Below, in pieces: positions 36,035 through 46,702 of a DNA stretch of 64,000 bases (the stretch's first letter is position 1; each line of letters starts with the position of its first letter). Under the pieces are notes generated by a model, which did not search any database, was not told the DNA's origin, and saw only the letters and a program-made list of their open reading frames with translations. The stretch spans positions 18,157-82,156 of the IMG/VR virus record IMGVR_UViG_3300031539_000009; one strand, 5' to 3'. The translations under genes and the position numbers were made by a program. Source of the stretch: a virus.

Positions 36035-38784
36035 TACACTGCTCCCATTTGATTCATCGAACGCTTATGAACAGGTGTCATGGACCTTCCTGCCCTTTCA
36101 TTGTGCTCCACCTGGGCCTGGCCCACCGCAATTAGCAACTCACGCCCGTCCACATACAATTTTGAGTTGACAGTAATCGGACCGCCGCCCCCGGCTGATG
36201 GCGCTTGTTCTGCCATCCTGGCCCCGGCCCCGGACCCGTGAGCCGCAGACTGCCTTTCAATGCTTAGACCGCCAGCCCTGGCTGTGGCCGCCGTCATGTC
36301 AGGGAATTCACCTGATGGCGATGAGCTTGGGCTGCCAACCGTGGCTGATCCGGTGCCTGGACCTGCGCCCGGCCCGATTCCCACTTTGCCAAGTATGCTC
36401 AGCGCACCTTGGACAATTGAACTATCGGCCAACCTCTTGAACGCATTGATGGCACCGTCTATGGCTCTGTTGATCGGTCCTGTTATCTTGGCGACAATTC
36501 CGTTGAATACTGCCCCGACTGCGCTCACCGCAGAAGTGGCCGCCGATCTCAACTTGGACACAAGCCAATTGGCTGCTGATGTCACCGCCGCCACAATGAC
36601 ATCCTTGATCGCCGTGAAAGCTGTCGTGAACGCTGATATCAACCAAGACATCAATGCCATATTGGAAGATATCACAAATGAAGCCATCTTTTTGAATGTA
36701 TCAATTGGACTTAAAATTGCGCCGGCAACAGCCTTCATCACCGTCCACCACATCTCCAAATACCAGATGATGGCCTTCACCGCCGGTTCAAGCATGGTAA
36801 CCATGAATGCAGTCAAGAAAACAGCCGCATCTAGCACTGAAATCAAGGCCATTGCTGCAATTCCGACATACTCACCAAACGTCTGCCAGAATGATTGCTG
36901 CCCTGCCGTTTCAGCTGCCATCAGCCCGAACTCCTGAAGCACGCCCTTGACCGATTCCCAAAGCAGCTGTAACGACATCTTGAGGCTGTCAATGGCCGGG
37001 CTGATTCCGCCCCACATGGACATGAACCCCTGGGCAAACGCTTCCGCAGATTGCTTAATCCAGCCCCAGGCCCGGACCGCAAATTCAGCAAATGACTCAT
37101 TTTCCTTTTTGAAGGCAATCACCGCCGCTGCCGCCAAGCCAATCACGATGATGACCGGCCAAAAAGCTGCCGATGCGATGGTTGCTATGCCCGATATGAT
37201 GGCCCCCAATCCGCCCAGGCCCATCCCAAGCATAACTATTCCGCCCAACAGAGGCAACAAAGCTGCTGACGCTACTGCTACATATGTGGCCCACTTTGCG
37301 AACGTCTGGATGAAATTTCCTTCCATCCCGCCTAACCACTTTATGATTGGCGCAATGAACTCGTTTTTGATCCTGGATGCCACGGCAATTACATTGTCGA
37401 TTCCCTCTTTGATTCCGGTTGCCACGGCTTTGATTGGCCCCGGTATTTTTTCCCAGGCTTTCAACATGTCCTTGCTGACGTTCTTGCTATCCATATTCAG
37501 GAATTGAAGCGCCACAGCGATGTCGCCCACGAACGCTGTGATGCTCGTTGTCATAGATGTCATTCCCGGAACAAACCGGCCCGCTGTCTCCAGCGCAAAT
37601 CCTTCCATGGCTGAACCCAGCAACGTGAATGCGCCTTTCAGGGTGGACAATCTTCTTTGTGCCATTATCGCCGCCGCCCCGATCATTTCACCGTTTTCAT
37701 CCATCATCGCAGATGACTTCTGAAGTGATGACATCAACTCGTTGGTGGACCGCTTCCCGGCTGCATCCAGAGCAGTGTATGCTCCCTGGCCTCTGATTCC
37801 AAAAATTTCCTGAACCAAGGCTGCTTTTTCGGTGACTGATGTTAGGCTATTTAATTTCCCAGCAACTGAGTTGATAATATCAGGCAATGGTTTCAACTTT
37901 CCGTCCGCTGTTTCCATCACCTGGCTGAATCCCTTTTTTCCGCCAAACATCTTCAGGACCGCTTTTGACGGCTTGGACAATTTCAACATCATGTTTCGCA
38001 GCGATGTTCCGCCCATGCTGGCCTTCAAACCTGCGTTGGCAAGCATGCCCAGTGCTGCGGATGTTTCCTCAATGGATATTCCCATCTGCCTGGCAGTTGG
38101 CGCAACATATTTGAACGCTTCGCCTAACATTGACACATTGGTGTTAGATCGTGCCGATGTCAAGGCCAAGACATCCACTACATGGCCAGATGCCGCCATT
38201 GCCACCCCAGCAGCTTCCCAACTTTTGGCCAAATCAGACCCGGCTGGCGCCAACTCGCCTGTCAGACGGTTGGCAACATCGCTGGCCTTGATTCCCATCG
38301 ACTTCATGATGTTGGCAGTGATATCCGCCGCCTCAGCCAATCCCATGGAATCTGCTGCCGCCATATTCAAAACGGCTGGCAACGTGGAGATGATCTGCTC
38401 TGTGCTAAAACCGGCCCGCCCCAGGAACTCCATCGCCTCACCCGCTTGGGTGGCTGAGAACGCTGTGGTGGCACCTAGTCTTTTGGCAGTCATCTCCATC
38501 GCTGCCATATCATCCGCCGTCGCCAAAGTGACGGACCCCACATTTGCCATGGCTTGCTCAAAGTTCATCGCCTTGGACATCCCCCAAGCAAACCCGGCAG
38601 ACAGTGGGGCTGTGGCCATTGTCAACCTTCCGATTCCGTTGGTGATGGAAGACATGCCAGTGCGCATCTTGTTCATAGTTTGCCCCATGCTCTGGAACGC
38701 ACGATTCACCCGCCCGATTCCAGTGACAGCACGTGAGCCATCGAACATTAATTTGACGCCCAGCCCAACTTGATCCATCGCCAT
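36034..38784 (-). CDS. tape measure protein (TP901-type core)
   Basis: FEQAMANV...LGATTAFSATQAGEAMEFLGRAGF; LANAGLKASMGGTSLR. Confidence 0.95.
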   Translation of the reverse strand: MAMDQVGLGVKLMFDGSRAVTGIGRVNRAFQSMGQTMNKMRTGMSSITNGIGRLTMATAPLSAGFAWGMSKAMNFEQAMANVGSVTLATADDMAAMEMTAKRLGATTAFSATQAGEAMEFLGRAGFSTEQIISTLPAVLNMAAADSMGLAEAADITANIMKSMGIKASDVANRLTGELAPAGSDLAKSWEAAGVAMAASGHVVDVLALTSARSNTNVSMLGEAFKYVAPTARQMGISIEETSAALGMLANAGLKASMGGTSLRNMMLKLSKPSKAVLKMFGGKKGFSQVMETADGKLKPLPDIINSVAGKLNSLTSVTEKAALVQEIFGIRGQGAYTALDAAGKRSTNELMSSLQKSSAMMDENGEMIGAAAIMAQRRLSTLKGAFTLLGSAMEGFALETAGRFVPGMTSMTTSITAFVGDIAVALQFLNMDSKNVSKDMLKAWEKIPGPIKAVATGIKEGIDNVIAVASRIKNEFIAPIIKWLGGMEGNFIQTFAKWATYVAVASAALLPLLGGIVMLGMGLGGLGAIISGIATIASAAFWPVIIVIGLAAAAVIAFKKENESFAEFAVRAWGWIKQSAEAFAQGFMSMWGGISPAIDSLKMSLQLLWESVKGVLQEFGLMAAETAGQQSFWQTFGEYVGIAAMALISVLDAAVFLTAFMVTMLEPAVKAIIWYLEMWWTVMKAVAGAILSPIDTFKKMASFVISSNMALMSWLISAFTTAFTAIKDVIVAAVTSAANWLVSKLRSAATSAVSAVGAVFNGIVAKITGPINRAIDGAINAFKRLADSSIVQGALSILGKVGIGPGAGPGTGSATVGSPSSSPSGEFPDMTAATARAGGLSIERQSAAHGSGAGARMAEQAPSAGGGGPITVNSKLYVDGRELLIAVGQAQVEHNERAGRSMTPVHKRSMNQMGAV

Positions 38785-38790
38785 TTCAAC

Positions 38791-38994
38791 TTACCTCTTG
38801 CCCGTTTTTCCTGTCTTATCCTTTATGGCCTTCACTTCTCTATCCAGCTGCGTGTTGGTCCGTTCCAACATCCACAGCCGGTCCTTGACCGGAAGCACCA
38901 AAAGTGACTCCCAAGTCAGCCCCGGAACATGATACATTAGCAGAAAGCATTGTTCCAGAACCTGATGCCAGGGCTGAATTTCCATCAGGTTCAT
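38791..38994 (-). CDS. tail assembly chaperone, downstream (frameshift extension) ORF
   Basis: Small ORF in the -1 frame relative to the upstream chaperone, just before the TMP. Confidence 0.7.
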   Translation of the reverse strand: MNLMEIQPWHQVLEQCFLLMYHVPGLTWESLLVLPVKDRLWMLERTNTQLDREVKAIKDKTGKTGKR

Positions 38995-39773
38995 GAGAAA
39001 AAACTATCATATTCCCACCTTAATATGGCCTGGAAGTTGACACCGCACCGCTCACACTTTCCCTCCACCGCCATAAGCGGACCAGCATTGTGCTCTTCAA
39101 CCTCTGCCATCAAAAAGTTGATGTCACGCTTGGTCATTCCTGCCAAGGAATCTTCTGTGAGCGCCAAAGGATTCTGGTCCAGCCCCTTAATGGCCATGAT
39201 GGCACTGATGAAATACTGCTCGGCCAGGTCGCCAGCATTCTTTGCGTCCTCAGCCTTGAGTGACTCGATGGCGGCCCACTTGGTCGGCTGGATGACCAGA
39301 TTTTTCCGAACCTTCCCGCTCAACTCAAATCCGTCCTGAAGCTTCACGTTGCGGGTCAATTCATCTTTTGACTCTTTGACCCGGACAGACAGCGTTTCAA
39401 GATCAGCCTTGAACTTGATGTTGTTCCGGCAACTGCCGCACACGATGGGCATTGACAGGTCTTTTCCCAACGCCACATATCGCAGGTAAATGTACATGTA
39501 CAGCACGTCGGACATCGCCATCTGGTTGATGGCGAGCAATCGGTGAGGCTCAGGTTTTTCCCCGAACTTTTCCCCGGCCAACACAGAAATCATGTTTGCC
39601 AAGATGATGGAAGTGAATTGGCCCTGGTTCAAGTCATCGGTCCGCTTTCCGCCAATGATTTTTTCCTGGGCCATCGTCCATGACTTGCAATCGAAGTCAC
39701 GGACAAGCTCATCGCCCTTGAGAATGCCGATGGGTAGCACCGGCCCTTGTTCTTTCAATGTAACCGTCTTCAT
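38991..39773 (-). CDS. tail assembly chaperone (two CxxC motifs)
   Basis: Between tube and TMP; CGSC and CERC; ends with SFFS. Confidence 0.72.
   Translation of the reverse strand: MKTVTLKEQGPVLPIGILKGDELVRDFDCKSWTMAQEKIIGGKRTDDLNQGQFTSIILANMISVLAGEKFGEKPEPHRLLAINQMAMSDVLYMYIYLRYVALGKDLSMPIVCGSCRNNIKFKADLETLSVRVKESKDELTRNVKLQDGFELSGKVRKNLVIQPTKWAAIESLKAEDAKNAGDLAEQYFISAIMAIKGLDQNPLALTEDSLAGMTKRDINFLMAEVEEHNAGPLMAVEGKCERCGVNFQAILRWEYDSFFS
38997..39003 (-). other. putative -1 ribosomal frameshift site T TTT TTC
   Basis: AGT TTT TTC TCA TGA at the end of the chaperone; a -1 slip enters the 38791-38994 frame. Confidence 0.6.
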
Positions 39774-39836
39774 TTTTGAGCACCTCCAAATAGCTCTGCT
39801 TTGTGAGGTTGATCCTCATCTCAACTGTCGATCAAA

Positions 39837-40274
39837 TTAGATCGGCAGCACGTCATCCGCTGAGAACGTCCACTCAACCTGAGCAGCCTCACCCTCATTC
39901 TCCATCGCCAAGTCAGGCAAAGCCCGCTTGGTTGGGAATACACCCGTCAAGGTGTATGATCTGAGAGTGCGACCGGTCAAGGACTTGTGGAGCAAAGTGC
40001 CGATTTTTTTGTACAATGGGCTGACAGGGTCTTGCGACTCCTGAAACCATATCTCCAAACCGGCTTGTTCGACCAGGTGGTGCATCATCGTTTTTGCGGT
40101 GAATTCCACAGGCTTGGTGTGCCCGCCTGGTGCTTTGGTGCGGTCAGGAAGGTCAACCACCTCCAACTCTTCTTCAATCCCGCTGATCTCAGTGAATCGG
40201 ATGGTTGGCATTCCAAGTATGATCAGCTCATACTTATTGACCGGCATGTGGTCTTGCTGGATTGTCCCTTTCAT
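39837..40274 (-). CDS. tail tube protein (T4 gp19-like)
   Basis: FTEISGIEEE...PG...; follows the sheath gene. Confidence 0.82.
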   Translation of the reverse strand: MKGTIQQDHMPVNKYELIILGMPTIRFTEISGIEEELEVVDLPDRTKAPGGHTKPVEFTAKTMMHHLVEQAGLEIWFQESQDPVSPLYKKIGTLLHKSLTGRTLRSYTLTGVFPTKRALPDLAMENEGEAAQVEWTFSADDVLPI

Positions 40275-40288
40275 TTCTCATGCCCCCC

Positions 40289-42610
40289 TTATACCACAGC
40301 TTCAAAGATTCCGGCCTTGCTGACGGTAATGATGAACCGCTCAACAGTGTCGGCAAGCCTGAGTGTGATTTCGGCCAGAAGATCGCCCGCCGCTGCGGTG
40401 GCATCGGTGTTGATCTCGTCATCCAGCTTGATGTCGCATGCGTCCTGAAAGTTGTCCCCTCTGAGCGCACCCTTGGTCCACTCCGGCAGGTAAAATCCCC
40501 GCATGGCGGAAAGGGCTGTCTGCTGAATGTCTGAATTGTTGATGGCGTACACCACCCAATCGAATTCTTCACGCATGACATTCTCATAGTAGGACATCTG
40601 TTCACGCTGATGTTTCCACCGCCACGCCGGGTCAGCGGCAATGGTGCGGTCACCCCAGATGATACAGTTGCCCTCTTTGAACTTGATGATCTGGATTCCA
40701 TGCGGGTTGAGGAATTCCTCATCCAGTATCTTTTCCCCAGTGGGCAACTTCAAGACTTTGGGCAGATTGACATCCGTGCCCGCAGCCGCTTTGTGATAGC
40801 CATTCCAGTTTTTGGCCGTGAGTGCTTCCCTTCCGTGAATCGCCCCCGTCAACGGTATCAACTTGAGGCCAGCCGCTTCCGGGTTGTCAATGTAGCCATA
40901 GCTGGGGAATGCCGTCACGCCCATGTCGTTGCGTCCAATGGTGTCGTTGATGAATTCTTCAGCCGCAGACTCATCGATGATGGTTGGGTCAATTTCGACT
41001 CTGAACTGATAGTTTTTGGCGCTGGCATATTCCAGCCCCGCCTTTTGAACCGCTGCGGCATACACGCCAGGCACGGCCAACTTGACCAGCCCCTGGTTTT
41101 TGCCGAACAGGCTGTTGATCGGAGATGACTCAACATCGAACACATCGGTGTAATCCGTGTTGTCCACATTTGCCAGCCCGTCATAGCCTCCAGCCAATCC
41201 TTGGGGTTGTTCCACAATGAAAGGATCACCCGCCGTCGCATCCAGGGTCATGTCGTTGCCCGGTCCCACCGTGATGGTGTCGTGGGTGTTGGAGATGACC
41301 TTGAAAACGATTCTGCGCTTGGCAGTATTTGGGGTGAGGAATCCACCCGCCAATTCATCTGACTTGAACGGCTGGCAGTACACAGAGATGACATCAGCCA
41401 ACGCAAAGTTGTCGGTGCCGGCCGCAACCGTGAGGCTGGGCAACCAATCATATCCGGGCACATACGCAACGCCAGTAGTGGCATCGGGCAACGTCACGTT
41501 CAGCTGTCCCGGTCCGATTGGTGTTGCGACCACAGACCAGACTTCAGCCCCCGGAGTGGTGGCATCAGTGCAAGTCAATGTCAAGATGCACGGCTGGACA
41601 TCGGCTCCATACAGGAATGTTCCCGCATTGCCTTTGTCCGGTGTGGTCCCGTCAGACGGTCCCTTGGCGTGGATGATTTCAGACTTGAGCGTGGTCGCTG
41701 TAAGGCCCAAGGCAACGCTGACATTGTAAAAATTGGCCGGTCTGATCTCAGGCGACACAGCACCCGTCCAAAGATCGGTCACCACGATGTCGGAATTGCC
41801 TTGGTCATCGTTGATCACGTTCACAAAATAGTTGGATGCGGCCGGATCAGAGGACATATTGTCATAGGTCAGCCGCAATTCCCCGTCCACGTACACGTAC
41901 ATGCCCCACTCGGTGGTCGGATTGGAAATGCCATCCTTGATCAAAACCACGGTTTGCGTGGTGGCCAGATTGCTCAAGACCACTCTGATCTCAGTTGACG
42001 CCCCCGCTGCGGCCACATAGTCGGCCAGCATCGTGCTGTCATTGGACACGGTCAACGTGACCGACCCGGCCACCGTGGCCGTGTTGCCCACGATTTTGTA
42101 GGACTTCCCCGGAACATCGGCAATCTGAAGCACGCCGTCTTTGAGTTCATTCTCTTTGACGTCATCAGCTGCAATGTCCACGGTTGTTTCTGCCAGGTTG
42201 GAAAGGTCGCTCAACACCACCTGTTTCCTTCCGGCCCACCTTCCACCGTTGGCGGCCTCCACCTTCACCACTGGGGTGTAGGGATGCCGTCTGGCGGCCA
42301 AGATCAACTCGCCAGGCACTTCAGACCCGTCCGTGACCCTGACCATAAATAATGCCCCGGCCCCTTGCCCTGCGTCAAAAAAATCCTGAGCGCAATCGGG
42401 CAACAGGGATTCCGGTATCAAGCCCCCGGTCTTTTTTACCAGCGACTTTTTAGTTGGGCAGTATATCAACTCCCCAACGGCCCCTTTCTGCATGATTCCG
42501 GTGTAGCATGTCACGCCCAGAGCAGCCGGTTCAATCGGCTTTTCTGATGGACGCTCAATGACTGTGACACCGGCCCCAAGAGTAGGGCCAAACCGTCTCT
42601 GTTCAGCCAT
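40289..42610 (-). CDS. contractile tail sheath protein
   Basis: GVTVIE..., HKAAAG, LNPHGI...IWGDRT and WVVYAINN...GAL. Confidence 0.93.
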   Translation of the reverse strand: MAEQRRFGPTLGAGVTVIERPSEKPIEPAALGVTCYTGIMQKGAVGELIYCPTKKSLVKKTGGLIPESLLPDCAQDFFDAGQGAGALFMVRVTDGSEVPGELILAARRHPYTPVVKVEAANGGRWAGRKQVVLSDLSNLAETTVDIAADDVKENELKDGVLQIADVPGKSYKIVGNTATVAGSVTLTVSNDSTMLADYVAAAGASTEIRVVLSNLATTQTVVLIKDGISNPTTEWGMYVYVDGELRLTYDNMSSDPAASNYFVNVINDDQGNSDIVVTDLWTGAVSPEIRPANFYNVSVALGLTATTLKSEIIHAKGPSDGTTPDKGNAGTFLYGADVQPCILTLTCTDATTPGAEVWSVVATPIGPGQLNVTLPDATTGVAYVPGYDWLPSLTVAAGTDNFALADVISVYCQPFKSDELAGGFLTPNTAKRRIVFKVISNTHDTITVGPGNDMTLDATAGDPFIVEQPQGLAGGYDGLANVDNTDYTDVFDVESSPINSLFGKNQGLVKLAVPGVYAAAVQKAGLEYASAKNYQFRVEIDPTIIDESAAEEFINDTIGRNDMGVTAFPSYGYIDNPEAAGLKLIPLTGAIHGREALTAKNWNGYHKAAAGTDVNLPKVLKLPTGEKILDEEFLNPHGIQIIKFKEGNCIIWGDRTIAADPAWRWKHQREQMSYYENVMREEFDWVVYAINNSDIQQTALSAMRGFYLPEWTKGALRGDNFQDACDIKLDDEINTDATAAAGDLLAEITLRLADTVERFIITVSKAGIFEAVV

Positions 42611-42640
42611 GGTTTTTCAACCCCCTTTTTAGATTTTCCA

Positions 42641-43837
42641 TCACTCCGCAACCTTTGCCGTCACCCTGAAGTCATTGATTATGAACTTGTCTTCAGCAGG
42701 TGTTGTCAATATCGGCACATATCTTACCTCAATTGGTATGATCACTTGCTTGTAATCACCCAAATTTGGCCTGTTATTCGTTTCCACAGCAGGCATTACT
42801 ACCAGGGTGTATTCTTCATCCAGCCCAACAGACCGGAACACGCCCAGGCCTTGTAAAAAATCTTCCATTGCCTGCCTCATCCTCTGCTGGTCAACTCCCA
42901 ACTCGGATATTCCTAACAAATTGAATGTGAACGTCTCAACCATGCTGTCGCTGAATTCAATGGCCGTGGTCCCGTCCCCACTCGTCACGCTTTCCTTTCC
43001 TTGCGGTGTCATCCTGCTGCCTGTGTCATATCCTACCAGAACCAATGCTGGCAATTTTTCCAACTGCAAAAAATCCTGATGGTATGTATAGATGACTTCC
43101 AGCTTGTATTTCAGCTTCACCCGGACTTTCGTGCCAGACACGACCGCTTCTGTCAAGTTGATATTGATTCCGTCAAAGGAATCGAACAGGCTGCCAAATA
43201 CGCCATCGACCAGGACTGCCTCAACCCCGACTACATCCAGGCCCACTCCCAGCGCAGATATGGCAATCTCGTTGGCAGTAGCCTCCATTTCATAGATAAC
43301 ATCTGCCGTCGGATTGATCCCGGACTCCAGGACTGGAATGAGACTCCTGAAAATCAGGTCTTCATATACCGCAATGTCGCACAACATCGCAAATCTCAAC
43401 TCCAACAGTTGCGGTGTAACAGCCCGGTCCTCAGTGTACAGGTTGCTCACGACTTGCAAACGCTGATTGAGCCAAGCTGATATGTGTTCCCTGACTTCAG
43501 CTTCCGTGTTCCAATCCAGATCATCATCCAGCACCTCAACCCAAGCAAACCCATCCCACCAGTAATCAGTCGCCCCGTCCGATATTCTGTGTCTGATGTA
43601 CGTCCCTTCCGGTTTGATAGACACTTCTTGGAACGCACCCAACCACTGAATAAGTGACGTTGGGTTGGTCACCCAAGACCTGACAGTCATTGTGAGATCA
43701 AGAGGATACCAGCCATCAGACTGTGCCTTGAGTTGAATCCACCCTTTGGGATTGAGCCTGATCTGGCTGGGATCACTCAAGATTATATTTGGTCTGGCTT
43801 GCTCGTTGTATGAGAAGCATTTCAGCACCCTCTTCAT
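42641..43837 (-). CDS. neck/tail-completion protein (putative)
   Basis: Position before the sheath gene; ATGA-coupled. Confidence 0.5.
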   Translation of the reverse strand: MKRVLKCFSYNEQARPNIILSDPSQIRLNPKGWIQLKAQSDGWYPLDLTMTVRSWVTNPTSLIQWLGAFQEVSIKPEGTYIRHRISDGATDYWWDGFAWVEVLDDDLDWNTEAEVREHISAWLNQRLQVVSNLYTEDRAVTPQLLELRFAMLCDIAVYEDLIFRSLIPVLESGINPTADVIYEMEATANEIAISALGVGLDVVGVEAVLVDGVFGSLFDSFDGININLTEAVVSGTKVRVKLKYKLEVIYTYHQDFLQLEKLPALVLVGYDTGSRMTPQGKESVTSGDGTTAIEFSDSMVETFTFNLLGISELGVDQQRMRQAMEDFLQGLGVFRSVGLDEEYTLVVMPAVETNNRPNLGDYKQVIIPIEVRYVPILTTPAEDKFIINDFRVTAKVAE

Positions 43838-44403
43838 CTCGCAATTTCCCTCATGGTCATCTGCATCGCCATCTTCCAACGGTTTTGCAGGTCTTTGGAT
43901 ACACTTCCTGTGTATGCCAATTTAATAAATGGCCTTGGCGGAATTACAATCACCGTGGTAGAATCCAACAATGGTTTTATCACGCCGCCCGTTTCATGAG
44001 CCAAATATCTGAAATATGCCCTCATCCGATCTGTCACCTGGATGCTGGCACCTTCATGTAGTGTGACGCCAATGTCGTACTGCTCCGAACCTTTTATGAT
44101 TCCTGCGAACGCTTCCCGCCAACTAACAACCCTGGTGTTGACGTTCATCCACAAGCTGCCTTCATCCACCAACGGCTTATCACTTGACTTCCCTGAACCC
44201 TTGTGGTGCATTTGTGACAACCCTGTTATTCCAGGATTCACACCGCCCTTAATGGTGGCTTGAATTTCCTTTTGAACCACCAACGCATTTTGGCGTGTAG
44301 CCCGACCAACATTGCGCTCCATGTTGGCCTTGAACTTGGCCGGATTCAACCCGGCCTGCAATGCTTTCCATGGTCCTGTCAGTCTGATGAATTCCGCCAT
44401 CAT
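43834..44403 (-). CDS. neck/tail-completion protein (HK97 gp10/Mu gpG-like)
   Basis: KPLVDEGSL, LHEG and IPPRPFI motifs. Confidence 0.75.
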   Translation of the reverse strand: MMAEFIRLTGPWKALQAGLNPAKFKANMERNVGRATRQNALVVQKEIQATIKGGVNPGITGLSQMHHKGSGKSSDKPLVDEGSLWMNVNTRVVSWREAFAGIIKGSEQYDIGVTLHEGASIQVTDRMRAYFRYLAHETGGVIKPLLDSTTVIVIPPRPFIKLAYTGSVSKDLQNRWKMAMQMTMREIAR

Positions 44404-44795
44404 GCCGCCTCTGGCTTGTCGCCAAAATACGCTTTCAACAACCCGGCCCCGTTTTGATCAGGATAGTGCCCCATTGGCGCAAATCCTCTGATGTAAGTGT
44501 CTTGAACACTCATGAACCCGATCTTCACCACCCGGTCCTGCCGGTTGATACTGATCCCTGCCTCCAACAACTCCGACACGCTGAAAAGCAAATAGCCACG
44601 TGCGTAATAACCAACGCCCGCTTCCCTGGCCTTGGGATCATCCATATTGAACCATTTGACCTGCGCATCAACCGTGATTCGTTTCGTCTTGGTTTGACGA
44701 ACAGGCTCACGTGCCTCTTCATCCCAGGCAGTGGCCTCTGGATCAACCTGGTCTATCACCACGGATATCGGGTGTATAAGATTTGGTCTGGCCAT
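44400..44795 (-). CDS. head closure protein (putative)
   Basis: Size and position. Confidence 0.55.
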   Translation of the reverse strand: MARPNLIHPISVVIDQVDPEATAWDEEAREPVRQTKTKRITVDAQVKWFNMDDPKAREAGVGYYARGYLLFSVSELLEAGISINRQDRVVKIGFMSVQDTYIRGFAPMGHYPDQNGAGLLKAYFGDKPEAA

Positions 44796-45478
44796 TTGTT
44801 CCTCGGTGCCCCTATGAGCAATGGACTCCTGTAGCGTCCAAGAATCCTGTCCACATCCTGATCCCCGGTGGAATCAGGCCTGTTGAATGACGACCCTGCC
44901 GCTGTGGCATATGTTATTGAGTGGCCGTCTGTTATTTCCTGCTTGATTGGCCCGGCTGCATTGCTTCCCCCGGTCCCGCCAAATCCATCGGCAGCTGTGT
45001 TGGCCACCAGTCTGTACATCGCCTTGATGATTGGAACTGGTGTGGATCCATCCGGCTCTATGTATCCGAACCTGCCAATGAATTTTTGCTGGTATCCTTT
45101 CAAAAATAAACCAGCACTGGTACCAACAAAAATATTCCGCCGTTGCCGCTTGAGTTCAACTCTGGGGTTGCGTCGATCATCCGGCCAAGAAATGGAATTG
45201 TGAACAATGTAATTCTCAACCGGCTGTGGAATCTCATCCTCATTCAAATACATTTCGTTGATCTCGATTATGGGCACGCCAAAAAACATCACTGCGCTGT
45301 CAGCCCCGTCGATCACAATCTCAAGCATCCTGGCGTTGAACCATTGCCTGGTGACCAACTCCACAGTTGCCTGCGCATCCAATATCACCAACCAAGCCGC
45401 ATCTTCATCGACTTTGTCCCGATTCAAAACCCCAGCATCATACAACTCTTCTGGGGTCACATACGCATATTCCCTCAT
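44756..45478 (-). CDS. head-tail adaptor protein
   Basis: YVTPEEL...FGY...P.PI..A...IKQEITDGHSITY...VDRILGRYR pattern. Confidence 0.7.
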   Translation of the reverse strand: MREYAYVTPEELYDAGVLNRDKVDEDAAWLVILDAQATVELVTRQWFNARMLEIVIDGADSAVMFFGVPIIEINEMYLNEDEIPQPVENYIVHNSISWPDDRRNPRVELKRQRRNIFVGTSAGLFLKGYQQKFIGRFGYIEPDGSTPVPIIKAMYRLVANTAADGFGGTGGSNAAGPIKQEITDGHSITYATAAGSSFNRPDSTGDQDVDRILGRYRSPLLIGAPRNKWPDQILYTRYPW

Positions 45479-45924
45479 GATCCCACCGCCTTTTTCGCTT
45501 CCCCAAATCCCGGAATATCACCGATGCTGGACAACGACTGTGGCTTGGCATCAGGGCTGTACCTTGGTTTCCCAACCTTAGCCACATCAACCCTGGCCAT
45601 GTTATTGGTATAGTACACCAACAAGGTTATGCGAATATCATCTGCTTGGCAGGATATGTATTCACCAATCCGCTTCCCTTTGTATTTCCCGGAATCCCCC
45701 ACGACCATCTTGGCCCCAAAACGGATTGCCTTGAACTTCTTGGGAATTGGAAAAGTGTGCATGACCTTTCGATGGTGTATGGCCATCCCTGATATATGGG
45801 CTGCCTGCTCTTTCAAATACGCTTCACACGCTTGAATTCCGCCGGCAACCTCCATATCAAAGGATTGGGTCACCCCATCTTTGGTGTGCACCTTAATCAA
45901 TCGCTGTCCCTTGATTCCTTCCAC
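45475..45924 (-). CDS. hypothetical protein
   Basis: Coupled ORF in the head cluster. Confidence 0.55.
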   Translation of the reverse strand: MEGIKGQRLIKVHTKDGVTQSFDMEVAGGIQACEAYLKEQAAHISGMAIHHRKVMHTFPIPKKFKAIRFGAKMVVGDSGKYKGKRIGEYISCQADDIRITLLVYYTNNMARVDVAKVGKPRYSPDAKPQSLSSIGDIPGFGEAKKAVGS

Positions 45925-46286
45925 CCCTCATAGTCATCGGGGTGTTTGGCCCGGATATGTGACGCAAGCCCCTGGGGTGTGTCGAACTGTCTGGGCTTAT
46001 CTTCTGGGCAGTATGGACAATCGTGAACACCGTCATCCACTACCACAGGGTTGTCCGCTTCCGTGTCACTGCTGCCATCCTCGGTGGCCTCTGGCTTGGA
46101 AGTGAGTGTGGACTTGATCCGCTTTTGGACTTTGATATCCATTTCCTGGACCTTCAAGCCGGAAGCAACCACAACCGCCGCCTCATCATCATCCAAATAA
46201 ACCGGCAGACCCGGAAGGATGTGAAGGTGTCTCTTGCCGGTGTTAACCGACCTTGGCCCTGTTTCCTTGGAAATCAACTGTTTCAT
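45897..46286 (-). CDS. hypothetical protein with a C2H2 zinc finger
   Basis: CPYC...F...GLASHIRAKH. Confidence 0.65.
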   Translation of the reverse strand: MKQLISKETGPRSVNTGKRHLHILPGLPVYLDDDEAAVVVASGLKVQEMDIKVQKRIKSTLTSKPEATEDGSSDTEADNPVVVDDGVHDCPYCPEDKPRQFDTPQGLASHIRAKHPDDYEGWKESRDSD

Positions 46287-46349
46287 CTCATTACCTCTTT
46301 TGATTTGAAAGACCTTTCACCAAATACCTTTCGGCTTGTGTGTCTGGCC

Positions 46350-46655
46350 TTATACTTTCTGGCGCTTCAGCCCGTACAGGGGTGTGCAGTTCACTTTGGA
46401 TTCCGTGAGGAAAGCCAACTGATCCTGCGGATTGGTCACGTTGATCGGTTTGCCGGCCACGAACACATACTTGCGCCCGCTGGCACCATTGATCGTGTAT
46501 GACTTCACACCCTCTACAAGCCTGACTGAATAGCCAATCAGCTGCTTTGGCGCCGCCTTGGGCGCATCCGCCTTGGGCTCATCCGCAACTTTGGCCTTTT
46601 CCACCGCCTTTTTCTTGACGGTTGTCTTTTTCACCGCTGCCTTTTTCTTGGTCAT
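46350..46655 (-). CDS. Lys/Ala-rich hypothetical protein
   Basis: Start at MTKKK behind an AAGGGG RBS. Confidence 0.6.
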   Translation of the reverse strand: MTKKKAAVKKTTVKKKAVEKAKVADEPKADAPKAAPKQLIGYSVRLVEGVKSYTINGASGRKYVFVAGKPINVTNPQDQLAFLTESKVNCTPLYGLKRQKV

Positions 46656-46702
46656 TTGAATCCCCTTTTCCCGGCTGATGATTCGTGAGAACCACCCCGT
46701 GG

